64,000 bases of DNA from Lophium mytilinum (lineage: Eukaryota), in NCBI GenBank assembly GCA_010093605.1, contig MU004186.1, positions 1,778,616-1,842,615 of the forward strand, written 5' to 3'. A model generated the notes under the pieces. The model was given only the letters and a program-made list of their open reading frames with translations, was not told the origin of the DNA and did not search any database. Both the position numbers and the translations under genes were made by a program. Below, piece by piece: positions 1-12,297 of this stretch; the first letter of the stretch is position 1; each line of letters opens with the position of its first letter.

Positions 1-1729
1 CCTCGCGTCCACGGACAGCCTCGATCGCCTTGATCGCGTTGGCGATGTTGGTGAAGTTGACGAATGCACAGCTCTTCTCGCGCAGGGCGTTCACAAGCTC
101 GATTTCGCCGTACTCGGAGAAGTCCTGCCTTAAGCGCTCCTCACTCCAGGATTCGTCCAGATTGCCGATGTACACGTTCCGGGAAGCGCCACCACTGACG
201 GCCAGAGCGATTGCAGGAGGCAGAGCACCGGAGTGTTTGCCCCATCCAATCTTCAGACGACGGTTGTGGATCATCAAGCCTTGAAGGTTGCTTAGAGCGT
301 AGAATGAAGCTGCTGATGTCGGGTCGATGAATGTGACGAAGCAGATATGCTTATCCGGAATGTAGCGAATATGGTGCAAAAGACCCCCACGGACTACGTT
401 GCAGATTTCCTCAATAGTCGTCTCGGGATGGATGTTTCCAAGATACACGGTCCGGTTGCCCAGGTTGTTCACTCCACCAGCAGAGGTTGCAACGGCAGCC
501 GCCGCTACAGACTGTTGTGCAAGCGCGTTCGAGATCAGGTCCCGGTCGGCACCGTTCAACACGTGCGCGTATCCTGGGGCAATTCCAAGGTACTGCGCAG
601 CGTTCTGCTGCTGTGTCTTCGAAACATACGCGCATCTATCCTTGCCGTAGTAAACACGTCGCGGGGCTTGCCACTTCGGCTCTTGTGGTAGTTGCGCAAC
701 AGCCTTGATAGCATTGCCGATGGACAGGAAATGGACAAATCCGATGGCCTTCTCCCGTACAATCTTGACGGTATCGATAGGGCCAAATTTACCCAGGTCC
801 TCACGGAGCTCGTCCTCGCTTACGTCCTCCGGCAGATTTCCAAGGTAGACGTTGCGCGACGCACCAGACTGCTGCACGGCTAGGGCAACAGAGGTGGGCA
901 CCTGGGAGGGCTTACCCCAACCAATCTTGATATCCTGAGCTCTGATGGACAACTTTTTCAAGATTGCATCAGAGTGGAAGTGCGTTGCAGAGCTACTGTC
1001 CAAGAAGGATATGAATGCGCAGTTCTTGTCCGGGAGCAGCCTCACAGACTCAATCTGCCCACTTCGAACATGACCAAGTATTTCCTCCGCAGATGTCTCG
1101 GGAGGAATGTTGCCAAGATAAACAGTGCGACTGGTTCCAGAAACTAATCCAGGGGCCATGTGCATCTGTCCTCCGAATCCCATCTGTTGACCACCCATGC
1201 CAAACCCAGTTGTTGGTGATTGTGGTCCTCCATAGAACTGCGGCGCGTTCATTCCAGTCGGCGATACCAGGTTCTGGTAGAGCTGGGGTGAAAGAGGTTG
1301 ATGCATCTGCATAGGACTACCCATCTGGTTCTGCTGGTTCTGTTGTTGCTGCGAGTTCTGGTTCTGACCGGTAAAATTCGAAAAGCCTTGGAACTGCGGT
1401 GAAGCGAAGGCAGACGGAGAACCAGGCTGGAACGGGCTACCCAGGAGAAGCTGCGAAGGAAGTAGTGGAGTGAAGTTCATGTCAAACGCGGTGCCAGGTG
1501 TTTGCATGTCGTTTCCGTTTTGGTTGTTTTGCCCTAATCGTCCTGTGTTGATGCTGGGGATGTTGGATCGCTCAGGGTGTCGGTCCGAGTAGCCTCCCAG
1601 GGATGGCTGGTTTGTGTGGAATGCACCGTGGGAGAAGCCCGTATGGCTGCCGTTCACGGAGTGCTTGGAGAAGCTGGTCTGTAGGCGGGGGCCGCTGGGC
1701 CCGGTCGGGGTCGAGTCTTGATGCTGCAT
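1..1729 (-). CDS. Nrd1/Msa2/Mrn1-family multi-RRM RNA-binding protein (negative regulator of differentiation); 3' end lies outside the window
   Basis: Continuous minus-strand frame from ATG 1729 (MQHQDSTPTG...) to the window edge. It encodes SRTVYLGNIPPETSAEEILGHVRSGQIESVRLLPDKNCAFISF, SRNVYLGNLPED, NRTVYLGNIHPETTIEEICNVVRGG and SRNVYIGNLDESWSEERLRQDFSEYGEIE, i.e. four RRMs typical of S. pombe Nrd1 and S. cerevisiae Mrn1. It is missing from the ORF track, apparently because no stop lies in the window. Confidence 0.9.
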   Translation of the reverse strand, partial: MQHQDSTPTGPSGPRLQTSFSKHSVNGSHTGFSHGAFHTNQPSLGGYSDRHPERSNIPSINTGRLGQNNQNGNDMQTPGTAFDMNFTPLLPSQLLLGSPFQPGSPSAFASPQFQGFSNFTGQNQNSQQQQNQQNQMGSPMQMHQPLSPQLYQNLVSPTGMNAPQFYGGPQSPTTGFGMGGQQMGFGGQMHMAPGLVSGTSRTVYLGNIPPETSAEEILGHVRSGQIESVRLLPDKNCAFISFLDSSSATHFHSDAILKKLSIRAQDIKIGWGKPSQVPTSVALAVQQSGASRNVYLGNLPEDVSEDELREDLGKFGPIDTVKIVREKAIGFVHFLSIGNAIKAVAQLPQEPKWQAPRRVYYGKDRCAYVSKTQQQNAAQYLGIAPGYAHVLNGADRDLISNALAQQSVAAAAVATSAGGVNNLGNRTVYLGNIHPETTIEEICNVVRGGLLHHIRYIPDKHICFVTFIDPTSAASFYALSNLQGLMIHNRRLKIGWGKHSGALPPAIALAVSGGASRNVYIGNLDESWSEERLRQDFSEYGEIELVNALREKSCAFVNFTNIANAIKAIEAVRGRE

Positions 1730-1910
1730 GCCGAGCAGATGAGGGGGCAGGACAAAGCTGTCCCGCGCACTTTGAGAAAGGACAGCCGTGGTGATGGATT
1801 ATCGGGTCCGGTCCTATACGTACCGGACACTGCAGACTGTAGAGGGATGGTTGAATGTAGATGCAGCAGAAACGAAGATGATGGCGTCGAAATTAAAACA
1901 GTAGGGCAAC

Positions 1911-1969
1911 CTGAAGGCTTGCTTAGTAGCTGCATCCACGTGGGGGCTGCGGTGTAGGGGAAGACGTAC
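1911..1969 (-). other. Probable 5'-UTR intron of the RRM gene
   Basis: Minus strand GTACGT donor at 1969, CTAAG branch-like site, CCTTCAG acceptor ending at 1911; 59 nt. Confidence 0.6.
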
Positions 1970-3643
1970 AGTCAAAGCCAATTCGTTCCAAAACCTAAAT
2001 GGCAGTCACAGCGATGCCCTTATGACGCAAACTGGCGTGTTAACGGTCGAATTTCTCGCGATAGCTACAAAAGATGGAGACTGTCCCGATTGCGGCGAAG
2101 GGGCGGAGCTGAGTCAGACAGAGAGACGGGCAAGTGGTGAATGCTGGATTAAACAACGGGCAGACAGCGGTCCCAGGTGAAAGATAAAGGGTGAAGATTA
2201 TTCGGAAGGATGCTGGCAAGCTGAAGGTATAGGTCAAGGCGAAGGTCCCGGCTGGGGAGGTATTGAAGTCGCAAGAGGGTAGATAAAGAGCGAGAAGAAC
2301 AATAGGGAAGGAATGAAGCAAAAGAGCGGCGGGCTTTGTCACAGCGCCGGCTTAAGAGAACTTGTCAAGGAGCGATGCTGTAGACCTGAGGAAGGTGGAC
2401 GAGCCCGTCCAGGAGGCATTCTCAACGCTGTGAAATTAGGGTCGCCCTAAGAGGCTTAGCCCGCTAGAAGTCGCCCAAACAGTCTGCTCGGACGCATTGC
2501 TCGCAGGGCACACCCTCTCACGTGCCTAAGGATATCAACCAATGCGGCGCTCCCAGCCGCCACAGTCGCCGCCAACGGCGCTGCAGCTACGTGACAGGCA
2601 GCCTGGCATGGAGCGTGGAGCCAGGGGAGTATGCAGGGCTTCCGTGAGGCTGCTCAGCGTGTTGTCGTCTCGACCAACGTCGACGTCTGCCACGCCACCT
2701 GCTGCAAGCAACAACGCGGGTGCCTGACTAACTTCGTACGCCCCACGGCCAGGGGCGCCGCCCGTGCGCACGAGTAGGGCGAATAGCCGCCGAGACGAGG
2801 GCGGTGTCTGGGCCACCTCAGACAGAGCTCCAGCGTTGTAGAGTCGGGCAGAGCCATTGCAGAGGCAGCTGGACAGAGCCCGAGCAGTGTGTTGCAATTG
2901 AGGCTGGACCTCGCATTCTGCCCAACTGCGAAACAGAACTGACCATGTACACGGCGAGAACTTCACTGACTCTCGCCGTGTCTGTGTCTCATGCATGGCG
3001 AGTCTGATTCGATATCCACAGGATTGCTGCTCCTGGTTCTCGGGTCTGAACGAGAACAGTCTCGGAATGTCCCATAGGTACCAGAAACAGAACAGAAACA
3101 GAAACATGAACCATGGATTGAGACTCAACCTTCGCTTGGGACTGTGAGACGTGCCTTGCACGCTAGGCAGGGGAAAAGTGGCACACTCAAGTAGTCCAGC
3201 GCCGTCCGAGGTGGCTCGGAAAGCTATCAGGCTTCCCAAAGCTGGCATTTCATGAATAGCAATAACACACTGAAGGACCTTGAGCGGTGCTAAACAAGCA
3301 TACGGAAGCAAAGAAAAAGTGGGTATACCTTATAGATTCGTAGACTGCCAATTTCTACTGCCACTCATTTACCATGCGGTCTCATGGCTGCGCCTGTCTG
3401 CCACTGCTTGAAGTGGCTTCATCGAAGTTCCACATCGCCGATAGTTAAGGGTTTTCAATTCGTTCATCTTGTTGAAAAAGCAGTGAAGTAGTTGTACAGA
3501 AGGTAGAATAGAGTGCCACATTTCTCATGCCCCGCGTGCCACTGTGGCGGTGTGGCGCCCATTATGTAAGCATCCTCCGACATCAATCCCTCCCGTTTTC
3601 TTGTGCAAACAGAGCCTCGTCAGCCACCACCCTTCCGGCCGCC

Positions 3644-5451
3644 ATGGCAGACCTCTACCCTTCGATCGCACAGTGTGCCGTAGTCGCCACTGCCCTCAAA
3701 ATTCTCTTATTTCCTGCGTAGTATGTGCCTGAAACAATTTCTTTGCTGCGACTGGACCATCTTTGCTCACTATTATTGCCAGCAAATCCACAGATTTCGA
3801 GGTCCACCGGAATTGGCTGGCCATAACTAATTCCCTACCCCCTCAGGAATGGTACTACGAGGTAAACACGTCTTCCACGCGTTTCTAGCGTCTCAAATCT
3901 GATAACATCTAGAAAACGTCTGAATGGACGCTTGACTATCCCCCGTTCTTCGCCTATTTCGAGTGGATACTGTCTCAAGGCGCACGCTTCGTTGAGCCCC
4001 ATCTCCTCGTCGTCAAGAACCTCAACTATGCTAGCTGGCAGACCGTTTACTTTCAGAGAGCAACAGTCATACTCACTGAACTGGTGCTGGTCTATGCGTT
4101 GCACTTGTAGATCTGCTCCCTTCCGCCATCACCTCCTATTCTAACCGTCGCCTTCAGATATGTCAAAGGCTCAAACTCAAAGAGGACTGCGCACGCGGCG
4201 GCACTTTCTATTCTCTTATCTCCTGGATTACTGATCATTGACCATATACATTTCCAATACAACGGCTTTCTCTATGGCATCCTGGTCCTATCTCTTGTTC
4301 TTGCCCGAGACCGGTCGACACTCCTCCCGAGTGGTCTGCTCTTCGCTGCATTGCTTTGCCTGAAGCATATATATCTCTACTTGGCTCCCGCATACTTCGT
4401 CTACCTTCTCCGGGCCTACTGCCTGAGCTCAGAATCGATCTTTCGCATCAGGTTTGGCAACGCATTGAAGCTTGGTGTCGGCATCTCTACCATCTTCGCC
4501 GCCGCTTTTGGACCTTTCGTTTACTGGGGACAGACCGCTCAAGTCCTGAGCAGGCTCTTTCCCTTCTCTAGAGGTCTATGCCACGCGTACTGGGCTCCCA
4601 ACATATGGGCCATGTACTCCTTCACAGATAGAGTTCTGATATACGGTACATCCATTCTCCTAGGCGTATCTACCATCGCTAACACGATCAGTGGCACCAT
4701 ATCTAGGCCTAGGCGTTGATAGCTCCGCGGTCAATAGCGTGACCCGTGGCCTCGTTGGAGACACGTCGTTCGCCGTGCTTCCCGACGTGCCACCCCAAGT
4801 GACATTCTTCCTGACCGTGTTCTTCCAAGTGGTGAGCGCAGTCATTTCTTAGCCCTTCTCTGGCACTAACGTCATCAGATCTTCCTGATTAAGTTGTTCT
4901 TGAAACCGACATGGGAGACATTCGTTGGCGCTGTCACGCTCTGCGGCTACGCGTCCTTCCTATTCGGATGGCACGTACACGAGAAAGCGATCTTGCTCGT
5001 CATTATACCTTTCAGCCTTATTGCGCTGAAAGATCGTCGCTATCTTGGCGCATTTCGTCCACTTGCCGTTGCCGGACATGTGTCTCTGTTCCCCTTGATT
5101 TTCACAGTCGCAGAGTTCCCAGTCAAGACAGTGTACACTATCTTTTGGCTTGTGCTTTTCCTACTGAGTTTTGACCGGTTGGCCCCTGCGTAAGTACCGT
5201 CACTCGAATGACTTGTCTCGTTTGCTGACTTTTCCAATAGCTCTTCCCACGCTCGCGTCTTTCTTCTCGACCGGTTCACTCTGCTCTATGTAGCGGTGGC
5301 CATCCCGTTAATCGTGTATTGCTCGTTGATACACCCAATAGTCTTTGGACAGAAGTATGAGTTCCTACCTTTGATGTTCACAAGTTCTTATTCGGCTGTT
5401 GGGGTTGTTGGAAGCTGGGTAGGATTTTCGGTCGTATATCTGTCATCCTAA
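3644..5451 (+). CDS. ALG8: Dolichyl-PP-Glc1Man9GlcNAc2 alpha-1,3-glucosyltransferase, 7 exons
   Basis: Spliced product [41 protein letters not shown]...[14 protein letters not shown]...[13 protein letters not shown]...[20 protein letters not shown]...[10 protein letters not shown], which carries the ALG6/ALG8 family motifs. Six GT-AG introns (first 3721-3782); TAA at 5449-5451. Confidence 0.93.
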
Positions 5452-6433
5452 ATCCATCCTGAGAGGTGAAAAATATATTAAAGCGTGACACTTTGGCTTT
5501 TCCCATCCGCTATTCGATGACTCTTTCTTCGAACCTTGACTCTCACCACTGGGTTTTCTGTGTTGCGATGCGCGTGAGCATACAAACCGATGATCAAAGT
5601 CTTTGCGTGAAATAGGTAACATGCGTGAATTTATATCATTCCATTCTAAAAGCATGCGCCTAAAAGCCGCAATAGCCAACGAGACATCCAGATTTTGTTC
5701 GTTCTGTTGCTGTTTGTGGCGATCGCACAAAGACAAAGTGGGAGCGTTTCGTAAAGCACTGCTAGGGGTGGCCAAAGGCGCGGGACTATTTTGTCGCCTT
5801 CGATTCATATGTAGAGATAAACCGGCAATATTGATTCCGTATATACTAGTGGCTATGCACAGTAGAATGAGCTCGTCTCGAGCCGCAGAATGAGCACGAA
5901 TACGCTGGTAAAATGTGCTGTCGAGGTGAAGTGGCCCTGCAACAAAGGTTGAAGTTGGGGAGAGCATGCCGACTAAGCGGACTGGGAAATGGTTCACAGT
6001 GATTGGCGCTAGCCTTCCCCCCCAAATTTGTAGCATGGCTTTCTCTCTACCTCGCAATGGCACCTCGTCCCTTACAACTACACTATCCGCAGCGCCGTCG
6101 CTCACCACCACGCCTGCGCCAACCACATCATCTCCAAACCGTTCCCTAACACGTGTGGCATCACTGGAACGCGTCAAGGCACCCTTAGAAGAGCCGCAAC
6201 CCTGTGCGACGCCTTTTCGCAGACCCCCCCCAAGGGCCGCCGAGAGTCTCGCCTGGGTTTGACCAGTCTCCAGCAAGCCCATTGTCTTTCACGCCGCCAC
6301 ATCCAACCCCAGAAGCTTCCGGAGGACCCTTCAGCAAGCCTTGGATCTTCCCGGAGGTCGATACGCGACACCCGATTCTCGAAGCTCAACTTGGTACCAA
6401 GAGGCGCCACATGAATCCAATAGCCTGATAGCC

Positions 6434-9400
6434 ATGGTATTTACGCGTCCTAAACTTTACTCTAATCAAATAGCTAAACTGTATAGGTCCATTACAAGCG
6501 AAAGCCTGTCAAACCGCTCCCCGAACCACCCTTCCTCGACGATCATACTGAAGTAAGGAATAATTTATCATGGGGGCAAAGCTGTAAAGCTAACGAAGTG
6601 CTGTAGGTCTGGTGTATTGAGCAGACACAGGAGGTCTTTGTTGACTACGAGAAATATCTCGCGAGGCATGTAGAGCGAATGCTATATATATTGGAGAACG
6701 CTGCTAATACTTGTTCACAGGCGCGATTTCTACAACCAGGTACGCATCTTCAGAACCCACTTGGGCACGCATGCGCTGTGTATAATCGCATCTTTCGACA
6801 GAGCTAACGCGCTTGTAGAGGAAGTTCACGTGCAACGCGACTGGTCACTCTGGACTCACATTCTTCGAAGCTCTGGAAAGCGAGGTATGGGCCAATTATA
6901 TCGAAGAGGAAATCTATATTAAACAAATGCAGATGGATACTGTCAAGGAAATCGACTCTTTCTTTCCAGAGGCATTGCGCTCTCGGATGCTCCATTATGT
7001 CCAATTCCAGCGCACCTCTCGGATGGATGACCTAGGTACGTCACGCTGAAGTCGCATTATGTATCATCGTAGCTGACCATTTTACTAGTCAACATCGTCT
7101 TCGAAGTAAGAATATCTCACCTCACTGCGCTCAGTACGGTACTAACGTGGCACAGCGATTCAGAGAAGATTACATGGTCGGAGATCGCGTCGTAGTGGAA
7201 GAGCATGGTAGTCGGCTGCATGGACAGATTCGAGACATAACGGACCCGAATCCGAGTGGAAAGTTTAATGATGGCACCTCGGACTCGAGCAAGCCAATTC
7301 TGTACTACATCTCATTGAACACCAGCACCGACGAGATCACTAAGCTCGGCTGCAAGGAGTTCTCTAGAGATCGTAATTACTACTCCAAGCTGCTCTTGAA
7401 GTCCTTCCTGCGCAATGCGGTTTCCCGAGAGAACTGGGCCGGCGCACCTTGGCTAGTTAAGGAAAAGCTTGCAACACAGTATGGCATCGACACGCAAGTC
7501 CCCGAGACGAAGACACGAGAATCCGTGATGGCCGCGAAGAAGGCCGCTAACGCGGCAAACGCAAACGCGGCGTCTATGCCACCCCCAGAACACCAAACAC
7601 GACCAGTTGAGCACGGCGGAACCTTCTTCAACTTCCTCGCCAGCCAAAACCAAGCCCAGATTCAGAACCACCAACACTGGGGCGCGGATCCCAATCGGCC
7701 AATGCTCAAACCACAGAAGCAGACGTCCATCGAGGGCTTTGCGCGACAGCAGCAGTTTCAGATGCCGCCTCACTTGCCCGGCAGACTTGCCCAGTTCCAG
7801 CCAATGCAAGGTCAGAATGGCGTGCCGAATGGCCTTCCGAATGGCCTTCCGAATAACTTCCATCACCTCCAGCCCGGCAATGGTCTGCCCATCAACCTAC
7901 CCTTCCAGAACCAGTTCATGCAGTATCAAGTCCTGCGACCGACCGCACCACCGACTCATCATCCAACGCCACCCGCTCCACCACCAATCAAATACCCCAT
8001 CGAAGACCTAGATGTTCGGTCGCGCCCAGATGCGCTCCCGCGCCCTCAGCTCAAGTTTTTCACCGACGACGTTCCCGCGGGAGTCGATCCTCCTGAGAAT
8101 AAGACCGGCATACTGATGAAATCCATCGGTCCTCTCTTGTGCACCTGGGAGACATTGAATGTCCACGAGACCGTCTTCCATCTGGACTCCTTCACCTTCG
8201 ATGACTTTGTGGAGGCCATGCAATACGTTCCAGACCCGGACGATTGTGAGCTTTTCGTCGAAGTCCATTGCGCGATCCTCTCTCAGCTTATCGATGAGAA
8301 GGGCAACGTGCTGGTTGCTCTGCCGAACATCGAAGGCTCCCAAGATGGTTCTGGAGATGGGGAGGAGTCCAGCCTCTTGTCATCGCCCGAGCCCGAGGTC
8401 GAGGAGAAGCCCCCAGCGAGGACAACGCGTAGTAGCCTGGCAAAGTCTGAAGCTGCTGCCCTTGCCAAGCGCAGCCCGAGCGTCACCGCCGAACCCAAGC
8501 TGGTGCACAAAGCAGCGGAATTCCTGAACGACTACGATTGGATCGACCGGTGTGCTTCTCGCGACTACGTCAACGGAGGTTGGGAGTCCATGATGGTAGG
8601 ATTGATCTACAACGTATCCTTCATCCCCCAACAGAAGGATGTGTGCGAGGAGATTCTTACTAAGCTTGTCCCGGTGGCTGAAGAGCCAACCATCGAGAAT
8701 GTGAAGCAACAGTATGACAATCTGGATGTAAACCTCCGAGCAGCAGCTCTGGAGATCGCATGCATGCTATCTGTTCGCACCGTCAACTTCAGGGCGGAAC
8801 TCGCCAAAGCTGCTGAGGAAATGACGAAGATCCGAAAGCAGAAGATCGAGTATCAGAGAGATAAGAAAGTTTTGTACGTGTTTCATTGCCCAAAGTGCCG
8901 ACGTTGACTAACAGAAGCTAGGGTGGATGATCTACAGAAACTCGATCAGGATCGAAAAATGAAGCTTCCCGCTAACATGCCGGTATCCCCAGTACCGGAA
9001 CTGAACGGCTCCCCTGACGTGACAATGACCGGAACAGAGGAGCCATCAGAGGTTGCGGAGGCTGAGAGCAGTGCTGAAGAGGAACCAAAGCGAGGATCTC
9101 GCAAGACCCGACACACCAAATCCTTAAAGAGAAAGCGGGAAGAAGACGAAGCCAAAAAGGAAAAGGCGAAGAAAGACAAAATCGAGGCCGCCAAGAACAA
9201 ACAGTCAGCTGAATGGAGAGAGCTTCTGGAGAGCATCGAAGCCAAAAAACAGGAGATCAAGCTGTGCGAGGATTCGATTGAAGAACAAGACAACGACCTC
9301 CGAGAGACTAGTGTCCAGCGCAGCAAGTATCTCGGCAAGGATCGCTTCATGAATCGCTACTACTGGTTCGAGCGCAACGGAATGCCCTACGGCGGTCTTC

Positions 9401-9981
9401 CACACAGCTCCACGTCGAACTACGGATATGCTAACGGGCGCTTGTGGGTGCAAGGCCCTGATAGGACGGAGATGGAACCATTGACCTCGGAGCCGATGGT
9501 GTCCAAGGACAAAGAGATACTCGGCGTCACAGTTCCGGAACGTAGGGTGAAGGAAGAAGGCGTCACTCGTCTTGAGGACTCAACACAGTGGGGCTACTAC
9601 GACGATCCGGAAGCTGTCGACAAACTCATGGCATGGCTCGATGAACGCGGTCAGCGCGAGAAGGCCCTTCGGAAAGATCTGCAGATCTTCCGCGATCCTA
9701 TCATCGAGCACATGGTGAAGATGAAGGATCATCTTTCTCACTCGGACGACACTAAGGTCGAAGAGGACGACAGCCCCAAGCGCTCAACTCGTAGGCGCAA
9801 CTCTGAGACAGATGTGGTCGTACCAAGCTGCTGCAAGTGGACCAACAATATCATGCGCGAAGACTTCGGCTATTCTCACTCGGAGCAAGGCAAGCCCAAG
9901 CCTAAGAAAAAGGGCGTAGCCACTAAGGTCAAGGCTAAGAGCAAGCCTACGACTCGACAGGGCACGAGGTACGGGAAGTAG
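6434..9981 (+). CDS. ITC1: ISW2/ACF chromatin-remodelling complex subunit (WAC, DDT, WHIM/WSD domains), multi-exon
   Basis: The spliced N-terminus MVHYKRKPV...YEKYLARRDFYNQRKFTCNATGHSGLTFFEALESE is WAC-like. It is followed by KYPIEDL, GPLLCTWETLNVHETVFHLDSFTFDDF (DDT), LGKDRFMNRYYWF and WGYYDDPEAVDKLMAWLDERGQREKAL. Large exons 7156-8873 and 8922-9981. Confidence 0.88.
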
Positions 9982-11244
9982 TGTGCTGCGATATACGTCA
10001 GGCATGATCCCGATACATCTGAGACTTGATGACGGAATCGACCAACTCCCTCTTCGACACCGTGTGCCTCTTTCTTTCATATAAACGGGCCACCCTCTTC
10101 AGCATTCCCGGCCTCTTTCTCTTCCTTTCTTTCACATACATGGGTCAAGCCAGGCAAGGCCTACTTCTTCTTGACGATTTTACGATTCTCTTCACGATTT
10201 TAGGTTGGCGCCGGAGGAAGGATGGGGTGTCGAGCATGCACAGCACATTAGGATTTGCTCTTTCGATCCTTTGTCTTTCCAAAGCAGTCTGGCTTTCCTA
10301 TTTCGACTGGACTGCGGTTGCATGGTAAGGGAGTTTGTCAGTGTGTTTTTGAGTTGCACATGCATTGGGAACTAGAATCGGGTGACTATGTCTGCGGGCT
10401 GGGTGCTAAATACTGAAACATCAGCGGTGATGGATTAGCGGGCGCCCGGGATGAAAGACACAACTGTAATATAGCATTGAGAAGCAGATCGAGCGAAATG
10501 AACTGCCTGAAATTAATGGGCATTGGCGTGAGGAGGTGAGACTTTGATGCTACATTGACTGCATACGGCTCCGCAGGGATATTAATAAAGTGAATTTCGA
10601 GTCACGTGATCTGTGATCATACAGTTTTTCCTAGATGCTTGCGATTTCGAGTAATGAACATTTGAACAAGCACCTCACTGAGAGAGTAGGCTGTATTACA
10701 GGAGGATTTCCTTGCTACAGTCAAGTAACTGATGGTTCGGTAGCTGTGAGGTGGGGGATCTCTCGTCGACTGGACCTCGGCACGAACGGACTACGAAGTA
10801 GATAATAACGACGATGACAAAGTGTTACCGCTAAGTAAATAGAGAATTTGAGTAAAGCCATCATATTTTGTGTCCTATTTTGAGTATAAAGAGTTATGTC
10901 TAACCCTCCTATACATGAACGGTAACTGTAGAGGTCAGAATATAGTAGATAGAGTCTATATTCTGACTCCGCAATCTACTTCCTGACGCAAAGCTTGACT
11001 CGCGCGCCTCGACTACTCCACTCTCAATATGTCCACTCCACTCCATGTCTCTCCCATGACGCGACCAGCCCACCAACGCCCGGATGTCGAACCACAGCAA
11101 TGAAGAAGGAAACTCCTCCGTTTGTATTTGTAATCCCTTCCATTTCTTCCCACCATAGAACAACATAAGACCATTACTCTCCCACCTCCCGGATTACCTA
11201 CCCACTACCCTCCAATACCTCTACACCACACCCCACCACCCACC

Positions 11245-12297
11245 ATGCCGCAAGAAACCAAACAATGGCTCCTCGCCTCCGAACCCGTCGCCGACGCCAT
11301 CCTCTCCGGCCCAGACTCAACCTTCAAACTCGTCACCACCACCCTCCCAGCCCTCAAAGATAACCAAGTCCTCCTACACACCACCCACCTCTCCAACGAC
11401 CCCGCCCAACGCGGCTGGATCCAGCGGGGCCAAGACCCCGCGCGCAGCTACACGCCCCCAGTCGCCGTCAACACGCCCATGCGCGCCTACGGCGTCGCCG
11501 AAGTCATCGAGTCCACCGCCGCCGCCCTCCCCACGGGCACGCTGGTGATAGCGACGGTGTGCTGGTCCGAGTACGCGGTGCTCGACGCCGCAGAGTGCCG
11601 CGTGCTAACGCCCACTGACGGCGCGAAGCCTACCCATTTCCTCGGCGCGCTGGGCGGGACTGGGCTGACGGCGTACTACGGGCTCGTCGATATCGCGCGG
11701 GCAACGGCCGCCGACGCGGTGGTGGTCAGCGGAGCTGCGGGCGCGACGGGCAGCATGGTGGTGCAGATCGCGAAGCACATTGTGGGGTGCAAGCGGGTTA
11801 TTGGGATCGCGGGATCGGAGGAGAAGTGTAGGTGGGTGGAGTCGCTGGGCGCGGATGTGTGCGTCAACTACAAGGCGGCGAGTTTTAAGGAGGATTTGTG
11901 GGCCGCGACGGAGGGGTTCGTCGAGGTGTATTTTGATAATGTGGGCGGGGAGATTCTGGATTTGATGTTGCAGCGGTTGAAGAGGGAGGGGAGGGTGGCG
12001 GCGTGTGGGAGTATTTCCAACTATAATGCTGGGGATAAGGCGGCTGGGTTGAAGAATTGGTTTGAGATTACGAGGAATAGGTTGGAGGTTAAGGGGTTTA
12101 TTGTTACTGATGCTGTGGTGGCCGGCAAAACTGGGGCGTTTACGAAGATCTTGACTGCGGCAGTCAAGGAGGGCAAGATTAAGTTGGGCCCGGAGGTCGA
12201 GACGGTGATACCGACCAAGTTTGAGGACATTCCGAAGACCTGGGTTAAGTTGTTCAGTGGTGGTAACCAAGGAAAGCTGGTCACGCAGCTCATTTAG
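11245..12297 (+). CDS. NADP-dependent oxidoreductase, MDR superfamily (prostaglandin reductase / alkenal reductase-like)
   Basis: Single-exon 350 aa ORF with SNDPAQRGWI, LGALGGTGLTAYYGL, VVSGAAGATGSMVVQIAK, YFDNVGGEILD and a C-terminal GGNQGKLV. Confidence 0.9.
   Translation: MPQETKQWLLASEPVADAILSGPDSTFKLVTTTLPALKDNQVLLHTTHLSNDPAQRGWIQRGQDPARSYTPPVAVNTPMRAYGVAEVIESTAAALPTGTLVIATVCWSEYAVLDAAECRVLTPTDGAKPTHFLGALGGTGLTAYYGLVDIARATAADAVVVSGAAGATGSMVVQIAKHIVGCKRVIGIAGSEEKCRWVESLGADVCVNYKAASFKEDLWAATEGFVEVYFDNVGGEILDLMLQRLKREGRVAACGSISNYNAGDKAAGLKNWFEITRNRLEVKGFIVTDAVVAGKTGAFTKILTAAVKEGKIKLGPEVETVIPTKFEDIPKTWVKLFSGGNQGKLVTQLI

Noticed and set aside
30..1314. Plus-strand ORFs at the left edge
   Set aside because: Antisense shadows of the minus-strand RRM gene.
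2535..3311. 258-aa minus-strand ORF
   Set aside because: TTG start, no recognisable motif, lies in the divergent promoter region between the RRM gene and ALG8.
5443..6282. 279-aa minus-strand ORF
   Set aside because: No domain; overlaps the ALG8 3' end and the ITC1 leader in antisense; probably a chance ORF.
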